Part shown: positions 34,669 to 42,741 of the stretch, one piece after another
Layout of the letters: each line of letters begins with the position of its first letter
Numbering within the stretch: the stretch's first letter is position 1
Assembly (NCBI GenBank): GCA_965220485.1
Contig: OZ244832.1
Location: 1,674,882 to 1,738,881, forward strand
DNA length: 64,000 nt
Direction of reading: 5' to 3'
From: Candidatus Aldehydirespirator sp.
GTDB lineage: Bacteria > Actinomycetota > Acidimicrobiia > Acidimicrobiales > Aldehydirespiratoraceae
Made by a program: the position numbers and the translations under genes
Notes under the pieces: generated by a model
What the model saw: the letters and a program-made list of their open reading frames with translations, nothing else
Database searches by the model: none
Told to the model about the DNA's origin: nothing

Positions 34669-37293
34669 TCAGCCGACGCTGCCCTCCATCTGGAGTTCGA
34701 TCAGGCGGCTCCACTCCACCGCGTACTCCATGGGCAGGGTGCGGGTGACCGGCTCGATGAAGCCGTTCACTATCAAACCCATGGCCTGCTCCTCGGTTAG
34801 GCCCCGGCTCTGGAGGTAGAAGAGCTGGTCGTCGGCCACCTTGGACACGGTGGCCTCGTGGCCGATCACGGCGTCGCCCGAGCCGACCTCCATGTAGGGA
34901 TAGGTGTCGGACACCGAGTCCTCATCGAGGATCAGGGCGTCGCACTGCACGTGGCTCTTGCAGCCGTGGGCATCGTCCTCGACCCGCACCAGCCCCCGGT
35001 AGGAGGTTCGCCCGCCCCCGGAGGAGATCGACTTGGACACGATCTTGGAGGTGGTCTCCGGTGCGGCGTGGGTCATCTTGGCCCCGGTGTCCTGGTGCTG
35101 TCCCGGGCCGCCGTAGGCCACCGACAGCACCTCGCCCGACGCCTTGGGCCCCACCATCACCACCGCCGGGTACTTCATCGTCAGCTTCGAGTTGTGGACG
35201 ATGAAGCCCTCCGAGACGAAGTTGCCCGTGCCCTCCACCTCGATGTCCCAAGTAGGCACGACCTCGCTGTCGGAGCTGACCTCGGCATCGCGGATCTCGA
35301 CGCTGGACGGCAGTTCGATCTGCGACCGGCCCACACGCCGGAAGTGCCGCAGAGTCGGCTCAGGCTGACGGGCCGCCGCCTCGCGCAGCTGGGCCGACAC
35401 CAGCCGCAGTAGCCTCGGATCGGTCGGGAAGTCCAGCCTGTGCGAGCCGCGGGCGGTGGAGGTGTAGTCGAGAATCTGCACTCGCCGCTCGCCCTCGAAC
35501 TCTGTATGGACGTGCGAAGAGATACCGAGGCTCGTCAGGATGTCGCCTACGCGCTCCAGCAGCGTCCGGTTGACGGACTTGATCGAGAAGCCTCGCCTGC
35601 CTGCGGGCGCACAGCCGTCGGAGTCCAGATATCCGGCAAGGAACGCGAGCCGCTGCGACTCGGGCAGATCCAGCACCCATTCTGGCATCCGCTTGCGAAG
35701 CGCGCCGGTCACGAAGCCGTTGGCTTCCAGCAGATCGGCCAGGTCGACACTGTTCCACGACAGGGTCACGCCGTCGACCCGCTCTGTCGGCACGGCACCC
35801 GGCATCACACGGCCCATCACCTCGACAAGGCGATCGCGTGCCCTGTCTTGACGGGGCACCGAGAACACAACCTTGGCCCAGCGACGTCCGCCCGAATCCG
35901 AGGCGACAGATTCGATGGAGCCGTCGCCGGTGAACAGGCCGAACAGCCACATGAGCTCGTCAGTTGTGGTCTCGCCGACCGAGAGGCGCGAAGGCCGCTG
36001 GCGCTCAGCGACGAAGCTCTCGCTGTACTGGTTGCTGCTCGCGAACACCGTCGTGGTCCCAGGCAGGTCGAGCTTGTGAGGCTCGCCGTAGTCGAGGCTG
36101 GAGATGGGCACGATCGCCTTGTCGAGCTTGTCAGCCCGCACGTAAGCAAGGCTGTAGCGGCCCAGCTTCTTGGGGCGCGACGCATCGTAGGCAAAGGAGT
36201 AGAACGGGTGGTTGTCGGTCACCCGCAGGCGCCGGGACCCGACGCTCACGTCGCGAACCGACTGCTCGCCGGAGTAGCGCTTGGCAGTGACCCGGCGCCA
36301 GCACAGCGAGCCGGTGGCCTCGTCGTAGGACAGCACCTCGTCGCCGGGCATCACCAGCTCGATCGGCTTGGTGCCGCCCGGAGTCGTGACTCGCGAGCCC
36401 TCGGCCAGGCAGCCGATGTTGCCGTCGATCCACTCCATGTGGCCCTCGGCCTCCACCCGGGCCCGCTTGGTGACCAGGTTGTAGACGTTGTCGGACCAGT
36501 TCTGGATAGTGGTGTAGGTCACCCGGGCCGACCGCCCCACGATGATCTCCACCACTGCGGAGTGCAGCGAGTCGGTGGAGTAGGTGGGCGCGGAGCAGCC
36601 CTCGATGTAGTGGACCTTGGAGCCCTCGTCGGCGATGATGAGGGTGCGCTCGAACTGGCCCATGTTCTCGGCGTTGATGCGGAAGTAGGCCTGCAGCGGC
36701 GCCGCCACCTCAACGCCGGGCGGCACGTAGATGAACGACCCGCCCGACCACACCGACGAGTTCAACGAGGCGAACTTGTTGTCGTTGGGCGGGATCACCG
36801 TGCCGAAGTACCGCTTGAGCAGTTGCGGGTACTCGCGCAAGGCGGTGTCCATGTCGCAGAACAGCACTCCCTGGGCCTCGAGGTCCTCGCGGTTGCGGTG
36901 GTACACGACCTCGCTCTCGTACTGGGCCGTCACGCCAGCGAGGTACTTGCGCTCGGCCTCGGGGATGCCCAGGCGCTCATAGGTGTTCTTGATCGACTCG
37001 GGGACCATGTCCCAGTCGTTGACCAGCGTGTCGGTGGGCTTGATGTAGTAGTAGATGTTGTCGAAGTTGATGCCGGTGGTGTCGCCCCCCCAGGTCGGGC
37101 GGGGCCGCCGCTCGAAGCGCTGGTGCGACTTGAGCCGGAAGTCGAGCATCCACTGGGGCTCGCCCTTGAGCCACGACATCTCGGAGATGATGTCGGTGTT
37201 GAGCCCCTTCTTGGGCTTGAAGACGTAGTCCTCCTCGTCGCTCCAGCCGAGCTGGTAGCGGCTGAGGTCGACGCCGATGTCTGCTGTAGTCAT
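34669..37293 (-). CDS. sufB: Fe-S cluster assembly protein SufB, interrupted in-frame by an intein (874 aa precursor, 467 aa of exteins)
   Basis: SufB motifs lie on both sides (N: FRINAENMGQFERTLIIADEGSKVHYIEGC; C: HAAPETTSKIVSKSIS.GGGRTSYRGLV), with a 407-aa Hint/LAGLIDADG insert between them. Confidence 0.92.
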   Translation of the reverse strand: MTTADIGVDLSRYQLGWSDEEDYVFKPKKGLNTDIISEMSWLKGEPQWMLDFRLKSHQRFERRPRPTWGGDTTGINFDNIYYYIKPTDTLVNDWDMVPESIKNTYERLGIPEAERKYLAGVTAQYESEVVYHRNREDLEAQGVLFCDMDTALREYPQLLKRYFGTVIPPNDNKFASLNSSVWSGGSFIYVPPGVEVAAPLQAYFRINAENMGQFERTLIIADEGSKVHYIEGCSAPTYSTDSLHSAVVEIIVGRSARVTYTTIQNWSDNVYNLVTKRARVEAEGHMEWIDGNIGCLAEGSRVTTPGGTKPIELVMPGDEVLSYDEATGSLCWRRVTAKRYSGEQSVRDVSVGSRRLRVTDNHPFYSFAYDASRPKKLGRYSLAYVRADKLDKAIVPISSLDYGEPHKLDLPGTTTVFASSNQYSESFVAERQRPSRLSVGETTTDELMWLFGLFTGDGSIESVASDSGGRRWAKVVFSVPRQDRARDRLVEVMGRVMPGAVPTERVDGVTLSWNSVDLADLLEANGFVTGALRKRMPEWVLDLPESQRLAFLAGYLDSDGCAPAGRRGFSIKSVNRTLLERVGDILTSLGISSHVHTEFEGERRVQILDYTSTARGSHRLDFPTDPRLLRLVSAQLREAAARQPEPTLRHFRRVGRSQIELPSSVEIRDAEVSSDSEVVPTWDIEVEGTGNFVSEGFIVHNSKLTMKYPAVVMVGPKASGEVLSVAYGGPGQHQDTGAKMTHAAPETTSKIVSKSISSGGGRTSYRGLVRVEDDAHGCKSHVQCDALILDEDSVSDTYPYMEVGSGDAVIGHEATVSKVADDQLFYLQSRGLTEEQAMGLIVNGFIEPVTRTLPMEYAVEWSRLIELQMEGSVG
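35191..36411 (-). mobile_element. SufB intein (Hint splicing domain + LAGLIDADG homing endonuclease)
   Basis: Begins with Cys (TGC at 36411-36409) after ...EWIDGNIG and ends ...GFIVHN (AAC 35193-35191), followed by +1 Ser. LAGLIDADG blocks LFGLFTGDGS and LAGYLDSDGC. Its removal restores a contiguous SufB. Confidence 0.88.
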
Positions 37294-37433
37294 GGGCTGA
37301 CCTCCCGGTGGAACCTGTGCGCCCCACCCTAACCTCTCGGCGGGACAATCCGATAGCCCGAACCGCCCCCGAGCGCCTCTGTGTGTAGGAACGCCGCTCT
37401 GGGCGGCAATATTGCACAGAGAACGCAGGGGCG

Positions 37434-37952
37434 TCAGTCGATCCGGCGGAGCTCTGAGCGGTAGTGGTGGCCGCGCGCGGTGTAGGCCTCGGCGTTGCGC
37501 AGGTTCTGGCCGGGCTCGAGTGCGTTCTCACGGATGCGAGCCGGAGTCCCGAGGGCCATGGCCTGGGGCGGCACCACCGTTCCGCCGGTGACGGTGGCGT
37601 TGGCTCCGACCAGGGCGTGGGGGCCGATCCGGGCGGCGTGCATCACCACCGAACCCACGCCGATCAGCGAGCCGTCCAGCACGGTACATCCCTCCAGATG
37701 GGCCTGGTGGCCGACGGTGCAGTCGTCTCCGACGATGGTGGGATGTTCGGGAGTGCAGTGGATCACGGCCGCGTCCTGCACGTTGCTGCGAGCGCCGATT
37801 CGGATGACGCCGTCGTCGCCGCGCAGCACGGCGTAAGGCCACACGGAGGCCTCCGGGCCCAGCTCGACATCGCCGATCACCACCGCCAGCGGATGCACGT
37901 AGGCGGTGGGATCGATCCGCGGCTCTTGGTCGCCCAGCGCGTAGACGGCCAT
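37434..37952 (-). CDS. Gamma-carbonic-anhydrase-like / hexapeptide-repeat (LbH) family protein
   Basis: MAVYALGDQEPRIDPTAYVHPLAVVIGDVELG...IRIGARSNVQD..VIH is typical of the YrdA/PaaY gamma-CA family. Confidence 0.8.
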   Translation of the reverse strand: MAVYALGDQEPRIDPTAYVHPLAVVIGDVELGPEASVWPYAVLRGDDGVIRIGARSNVQDAAVIHCTPEHPTIVGDDCTVGHQAHLEGCTVLDGSLIGVGSVVMHAARIGPHALVGANATVTGGTVVPPQAMALGTPARIRENALEPGQNLRNAEAYTARGHHYRSELRRID

Positions 37953-37991
37953 CTACAACCTCACCGCGGTCGTGAGCCTCGCCGCCCGCAT

Positions 37992-38513
37992 CTACAGCTC
38001 CTCCACCCGGGCGTAGCCGCCCTGAAAGAACACGAGAGGCCCATCGGCCGAGCCCTCTGAGCCGCCCGCTGCGGTGCCGAGGGCCACGACCCGGCCCACC
38101 ACGATGTCGTGGTCACCGGCGGTGTGGATGGCGTGGAGCTGGCAGTCAATCCACGCCAGGCACCCCTCGATCACCGGGGCGCCGGTGGCCTCGACTTTGG
38201 TGCTCAGGCCCTCGAACCGATCCTCGGCCTGGCTGGCGAAGGTGGCAGACACGTCGGCCTGGTGATCGGCGAGCACGTTCACGCAGAAGCTGCCGACGTC
38301 GCGCATCCGGGTCCACGAGTCGGAGTCGTGGCCGGGGCAGAACGACACGAGAGGAGGATCCAGCGAGACACTGGTGAAGGATCCGATGGTCATTCCCTCG
38401 GGACCGTGGGGGCAGGCCGCGGTCACCACCGTCACGCCGGTCGGGTAGTGGCCCAGCACCCGGCGGAACTCGCGGCCGTCGATGCCGCCGCCGTTGTCGC
38501 TGCCGGTGGCCAT
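37992..38513 (-). CDS. Flavin reductase (FMN-binding split-barrel) family protein
   Basis: FRRVLGHYPTGVTVVTA...GMTIGSFTSVSLDPPLVSF is the flavin-reductase-like domain signature. Confidence 0.8.
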   Translation of the reverse strand: MATGSDNGGGIDGREFRRVLGHYPTGVTVVTAACPHGPEGMTIGSFTSVSLDPPLVSFCPGHDSDSWTRMRDVGSFCVNVLADHQADVSATFASQAEDRFEGLSTKVEATGAPVIEGCLAWIDCQLHAIHTAGDHDIVVGRVVALGTAAGGSEGSADGPLVFFQGGYARVEEL

Positions 38514-38634
38514 CGCATCGGGAGGCTAACAACGTGCTCGGACGGGCGCGCCGCGCCAGGCGCGACCGCGCCAGAGCCGAGAGCCGTCTTGGCCTCCGCC
38601 TGCCCGCTATCGCCTCAAACAGTGGCACAATCGC

Positions 38635-40092
38635 TTGATGAGCCTCGATCTGTCGTCGGCGCCGGTCCTTCCCGACGGGCTGGTGGCGGTGGTCAAGCGC
38701 GACTGCCCCACCTGCGAGCTGGTGGCGCCCGTGCTGAGCGACCTGCACTACCGGGCCGGGTTGACCGTGATCACCCAGGACGATCCGAACTTCCCCGCCG
38801 ACGCCGACTGGGTGCGCCACGACGCGGACCTGGCCCTGTCGTGGCACCACGGCATCGATACCGTCCCCACGCTGATGCGCGTGTCCGGGGGCGCGGGCGA
38901 GCAGCGGACTGAGGGATGGTCCCGAGGCGAGTGGGAGCGGATTGCCGGCGTGGACGGGCTGGGCGCGGGACTTCCGGACTGGCGGCCCGGCTGCGGATCC
39001 CTCAGCGTCGATCCCGCCCACGCGGATGATCTGGCGGTGCGCTTCTCAGGCTCGCGCCTGCGCAGCCGCCGGGTAGAGCTGGCCGCGCTGGAGGACGAAT
39101 GGGAGGCGATGTGGGACCGGGGCTGGTCCGACGGCCTGCCGGTGGTGCCGCCGACCGGGGCGAGGGTGCTGCGGATGCTGGAGGGCACGACCCGCGACCC
39201 GGCCGATGTGGTGGCGGTCGTGCCGCCCAGCCTGGTCGAGTGCACCGTCGAGAAGGTGGCCGTCAATGCTCTCATGGCCGGCTGCGCACCCGAGCACCTC
39301 CCGGTGGTGGTGGCCGCGCTGGAGGCGGTCTGCACCGACGAGTTCAACATGCACGGTGTGCTGGCCACCACCATGAGCGTCGGGCCGGTCCTGGTGGTGA
39401 ACGGACCAGTAGTCGAGCGCATCGGCATGAACAGCGGGCTCAACTCGCTGGGCCAAGGCAACCGGGCCAACTCGACCATCGGGCGGGCCCTGCAGCTGGT
39501 GGTGCGCAACGTCGGGGGCGGGCATCCCGGCGGAGTGGACCGGGCCACGTTCGGCTCTCCCGCCAAAGTGGGCTTCTGCTTCGCCGAGGATGAGGCAGGC
39601 TCGGCGTGGACCTCGCTCGCCGAGAGCAGGGGCTTGCGAGCGGACGAGTCAACCGTCACCGTGTTCGCCGGAGAGTCGCCCAGGATCTTCGCCGACGAGA
39701 AGTCGCGCAGCCCCGAGTCGCTGACCAGGCACTTGGCCCAGGCCTTGCAGGCGACGGTGTCGCCGCGGATGATGCTCGGGATGGACGCCATGCTGGTGCT
39801 GTCGCCCGAGCACATGGCCCGCTATGCCGACGCGGGCTGGAGCCGGGACCGCTTCATGGAGGAATTGTCGGCCGAGTTGCTGCTCGATGGGGACGACCTG
39901 CTGGCCGGCGCGGGCGGGATCGCCGCGGGGCTGCCCCCGGCCGCGGCCGGGCAGAAGGTCCCCAAGTTCCGTCCCGGCGGGCTGCTGGTCGTCCATGCCG
40001 GAGGCAAGGCCGGGCTGTTCTCGGCCATCATCGGCGGCTGGGCCAACGGGCCGAGGGGCAGCGACCCGGTGACCCGCGAGATCACGCCATGA
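38635..40092 (+). CDS. Thioredoxin-fold N-terminal domain (CPTC) fused to a large uncharacterised domain
   Basis: VAVVKRDCPTCELVAPVL...DTVPTL (a Trx-like CxxC plus cis-Pro-type motif). I do not recognise the remaining ~370 aa. Confidence 0.6.
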   Translation: MMSLDLSSAPVLPDGLVAVVKRDCPTCELVAPVLSDLHYRAGLTVITQDDPNFPADADWVRHDADLALSWHHGIDTVPTLMRVSGGAGEQRTEGWSRGEWERIAGVDGLGAGLPDWRPGCGSLSVDPAHADDLAVRFSGSRLRSRRVELAALEDEWEAMWDRGWSDGLPVVPPTGARVLRMLEGTTRDPADVVAVVPPSLVECTVEKVAVNALMAGCAPEHLPVVVAALEAVCTDEFNMHGVLATTMSVGPVLVVNGPVVERIGMNSGLNSLGQGNRANSTIGRALQLVVRNVGGGHPGGVDRATFGSPAKVGFCFAEDEAGSAWTSLAESRGLRADESTVTVFAGESPRIFADEKSRSPESLTRHLAQALQATVSPRMMLGMDAMLVLSPEHMARYADAGWSRDRFMEELSAELLLDGDDLLAGAGGIAAGLPPAAAGQKVPKFRPGGLLVVHAGGKAGLFSAIIGGWANGPRGSDPVTREITP

Positions 40093-40171
40093 CTCCCGCC
40101 GACAACCCCGCGCTGGCGTGCCCTATGGCCCTCACCGACGACTACTCTCACGGCCCGAAGGAGGCTGCGCC

Positions 40172-40690
40172 ATGACTACGATCCTCGACCCGACCGGCGA
40201 GCGGACCCCGGCGATACGGGAGCGGGCAGTGCGGCCCGAGTCGCTCGCCGGGCTCACGGTCGGCCTGCTCGACATCTCCAAGCCCCGGGGCAACGTGTTC
40301 CTCGACCGCGTCTCGGAGCGGCTCACCGGGCTCGGCGCGACCGTCAACCGCTACATCAAGCCCACGTTCACCAAGCCAGCGCCGGTGGACCTCCGCCACG
40401 AGATCGCTACCGAGTGCGACGCGGTGATCGAGGCGCTCGCCGATTGAGGCTCCTGCGTGTCGTGCAGTGTGCACGACGTCAGCGACCTGGAGCGGCGGGG
40501 CCTGCCCGGCGTGTTCGTCTCGACGGTCCACTTCGCATCGGCGGTGGAAGCCCAATCCGAATCGCTCGGTTTCGACGCGGCCGCAGTGCTCACCCGCCAT
40601 CCCATCCAGGACCGCACCGACGACGAGATGACCGCCATCGCCGACGCCGCCTTCGAAGATCTGGTCAAAGCCCTGGTCGGCCCCTCCTAG
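40172..40690 (+). CDS. Candidate UGSC-family selenoprotein (in-frame UGA at 40445-40447 read as Sec), 172 aa
   Basis: Track ORFs 40118..40447 and 40457..40690 share one frame. Read-through gives ...AVIEALAD-U-GSCVSCSVHD.... AAGGAGG SD lies 7 nt before ATG 40172. A SECIS-like hairpin starts 12 nt after the UGA. Confidence 0.6.
40457..40479 (+). promoter_or_regulatory. Candidate bacterial SECIS stem-loop
   Basis: GTCGTGCA-GTG-TGCACGAC is a perfect 8-bp stem (40459-40477), extendable by two G-U pairs. The apical loop contains GU. It lies immediately 3' of the in-frame UGA. Confidence 0.5.
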
Positions 40691-40918
40691 GCGGACCTCA
40701 ATCCTTATTGATGTAGTTCGCCCTAAATATTGTGGCCAACTGCATCAGTTTCGCTTGTCTCTGATCGCCTGTCATACCGCCTGCCTAGGTTCAACGCTGG
40801 GTCGCTGTTCCCCGTAGCGAGCCGGGCGGAGTCTGTCGGTGCGAGAGGAGTACGAGTATGGCCCAGCGCCGTGATCGCTTTGCGTAGGCTGCCCTTGGGA
40901 CGCCACGAGGGAGGACAG

Positions 40919-41965
40919 GTGACGAGCGAAGGAGCGGATCGTCGCAGCACTTGGTCCGTGTTCCGGGGCGATGCTCTCGACGCCTACGCCGAGTGGCCCA
41001 GACCGTCGGCGATCATCTCCGACGGTGCTTACGGCGTGGGCGGCTTTCCCGACGACCCCCGTACTGCGGACGGGCTCGCCGACTGGTACGAGCCCCATGT
41101 CGAGGCTTGGTCCAAGAACGCCCGGGCGTCATCCACCCTGTGGTTCTGGAACACCGAACTCGGCTGGGCGACTGTGCATCCGGTGCTGGTTCGCCACGGC
41201 TGGGAGTATGTCCAGACCATCGTCTGGGACAAGGGCATCGCGCACATCGCCGGGAATGTGAATGGCGACACGATCAGGCGGTTCCCGGTGGTGACGGAGG
41301 TCTGCGTCTTCTATCGGCGTCGGCTGGAGTTCCCCACTCCCGACGGGATCATGCCCGCCAAGAGGTGGCTCCGCTACGAGTGGCAGCGCGCTGGCCTGCG
41401 TCTGCAGGCGGCCAACGAAGCCTGCGGAGTGGCCAACGCGGCGACGCGAAAGTACCTCACGCAGGACTGGCTCTGGTATTTTCCGCCACCAGAGATGATG
41501 GAACGGCTGGTTTCCTACGCCAACGAGCACGGCAGGCCCGACGGCGCGCCGTACTACTCGCTCGACGGTGAGGCGGCCGTCACCGCCGAGGAGTGGGCCA
41601 CTCTGCGAGATGTGTGGAGCCATACCCACGGGATCACCAACGTCTGGTCAGCGCCACCTCTCAATGGTGACGAGCGCTACAAGGGCAACAGAGTCCGCTC
41701 TGCCCCGCGTGTCCACCGACCGGGCCGAAACGCCGCTGTCCACCTCAACCAGAAGCCGCTGGACTTCATGCGCCGGATCGTCACGGCCGCTACACGCCCC
41801 GGCGATGTGGTATGGGAGCCCTTTGGAGGCCTCTGCAGCGCAGTCGTCGCCGCCACCGAGCTAGGGCGCGACGGATACGCGGCAGAGTTGGTGGAGCACT
41901 TCGCCGACTTGGCGACCGACCGACTCCGGTCAGCCTCCGAGACCCGCGAGATGAATCTGGCGTGA
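40919..41965 (+). CDS. Type II DNA methyltransferase, N6_N4_Mtase (beta-class amino-MTase)
   Basis: C-terminal HLNQKPLDFMRRIVTAATRPGDVVWEPFGGLCSAVVAATELGRDGYAAEL is the (K/R)P...L...PGD.V.DPF.GSG motif I region. The N-terminal IISDGAYG is a degenerate DPPY-like motif IV. GTG at 40919 follows GGGAGGACAG. Confidence 0.8.
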   Translation: MTSEGADRRSTWSVFRGDALDAYAEWPRPSAIISDGAYGVGGFPDDPRTADGLADWYEPHVEAWSKNARASSTLWFWNTELGWATVHPVLVRHGWEYVQTIVWDKGIAHIAGNVNGDTIRRFPVVTEVCVFYRRRLEFPTPDGIMPAKRWLRYEWQRAGLRLQAANEACGVANAATRKYLTQDWLWYFPPPEMMERLVSYANEHGRPDGAPYYSLDGEAAVTAEEWATLRDVWSHTHGITNVWSAPPLNGDERYKGNRVRSAPRVHRPGRNAAVHLNQKPLDFMRRIVTAATRPGDVVWEPFGGLCSAVVAATELGRDGYAAELVEHFADLATDRLRSASETREMNLA

Positions 41966-42741
41966 CTCCAGCTCCCTCAGAGCCAACCGCTCCAACGCCA
42001 GCTCCAGACGACCCCAAGACTCTCTTGATGCACCGCGTCAAGGAGGCGCTGATGGCCCTGCCGGGCTACTTCAACTCGACGACGAACATCGAGGGGATCG
42101 ACGCTAGCGACCTGTTCGCTCTCAACACCATGCTCGGGACCACGATCGAGGTTCAAGTCGTCCGCACTCTGAACCAGATACGGGATGTGTGGGATCCAGA
42201 CGACGACTGGCCCCTCTACAGGTTCGATCGCCAAGCCCAGACCTTCCCCGATGTCTTACTCCGGAGGCAGCTCGACTCCGGTGACTTCGATGTTGCTCTG
42301 GGCATCGAACTCAAGGGCTGGTAGGTGCTGTCCAAGGAAGCGGAGCCAAGCTTCCGGTACACCGTCACGCCGGCGGCCTGTACCGAGTGGGATCTGCTGG
42401 CGGTAGTCCCGTGGCACCTGTCGAACGTGCTGTCCGGCGTGCCACGCGTCGACTCTCCGGGGCTCTGGTCGGCCAAACACGCCGCCGAGTACCGTAACCA
42501 TTGGTGGCAGCACATTCGTGCCACGAAGCAAAGTCGGATGATCGAGTCGCCGCCGGTGGAAGCTCCGTACCGGCAGCGCAGCAACACGTCGGACAGGCCC
42601 GCCTACGACGGGGGCGGCAACTTCGGCCGGGTCGCCCGGATCGGCATCATGAACGACTGGACCAAGGACATCCTCAGCAGGCCCCTCGCCGGGATTCCGG
42701 CACGCAATTGGATTGAATTCCTCAGGAACCAAGCCTCCTAG
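41962..42741 (+). pseudogene. PD-(D/E)xK restriction endonuclease candidate, interrupted by one in-frame TAG (42322-42324)
   Basis: The GTG start overlaps the MTase stop (GTGA). Catalytic-type motif ...TFPDVLL...DVALGIELKGW, then TAG. The same frame continues as VLSKEAEPSFRYTV... to 42741. Confidence 0.6.

Noticed and set aside
40118-40690. Treating 40118..40447 and 40457..40690 as two independent small genes.
   Set aside because: They share one reading frame across a single TGA, and the second has no SD and begins at a GTG inside the hairpin. The junction reads D-[TGA]-G-S-C, which matches a named Sec/Cys motif. The two-gene model cannot be fully excluded without sel-gene and homologue data.
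41812-42741. Treating 41812..42324 and 42325..42741 as two separate functional genes, or taking the long N-terminal extension of 41812 as real.
   Set aside because: The first ~50 codons of the track ORF overlap the MTase in another frame and are Arg-rich nonsense. The biologically sensible start is the GTG in the GTGA overlap at 41962. The two ORFs abut in the same frame across one TAG, so a single interrupted gene is more parsimonious.
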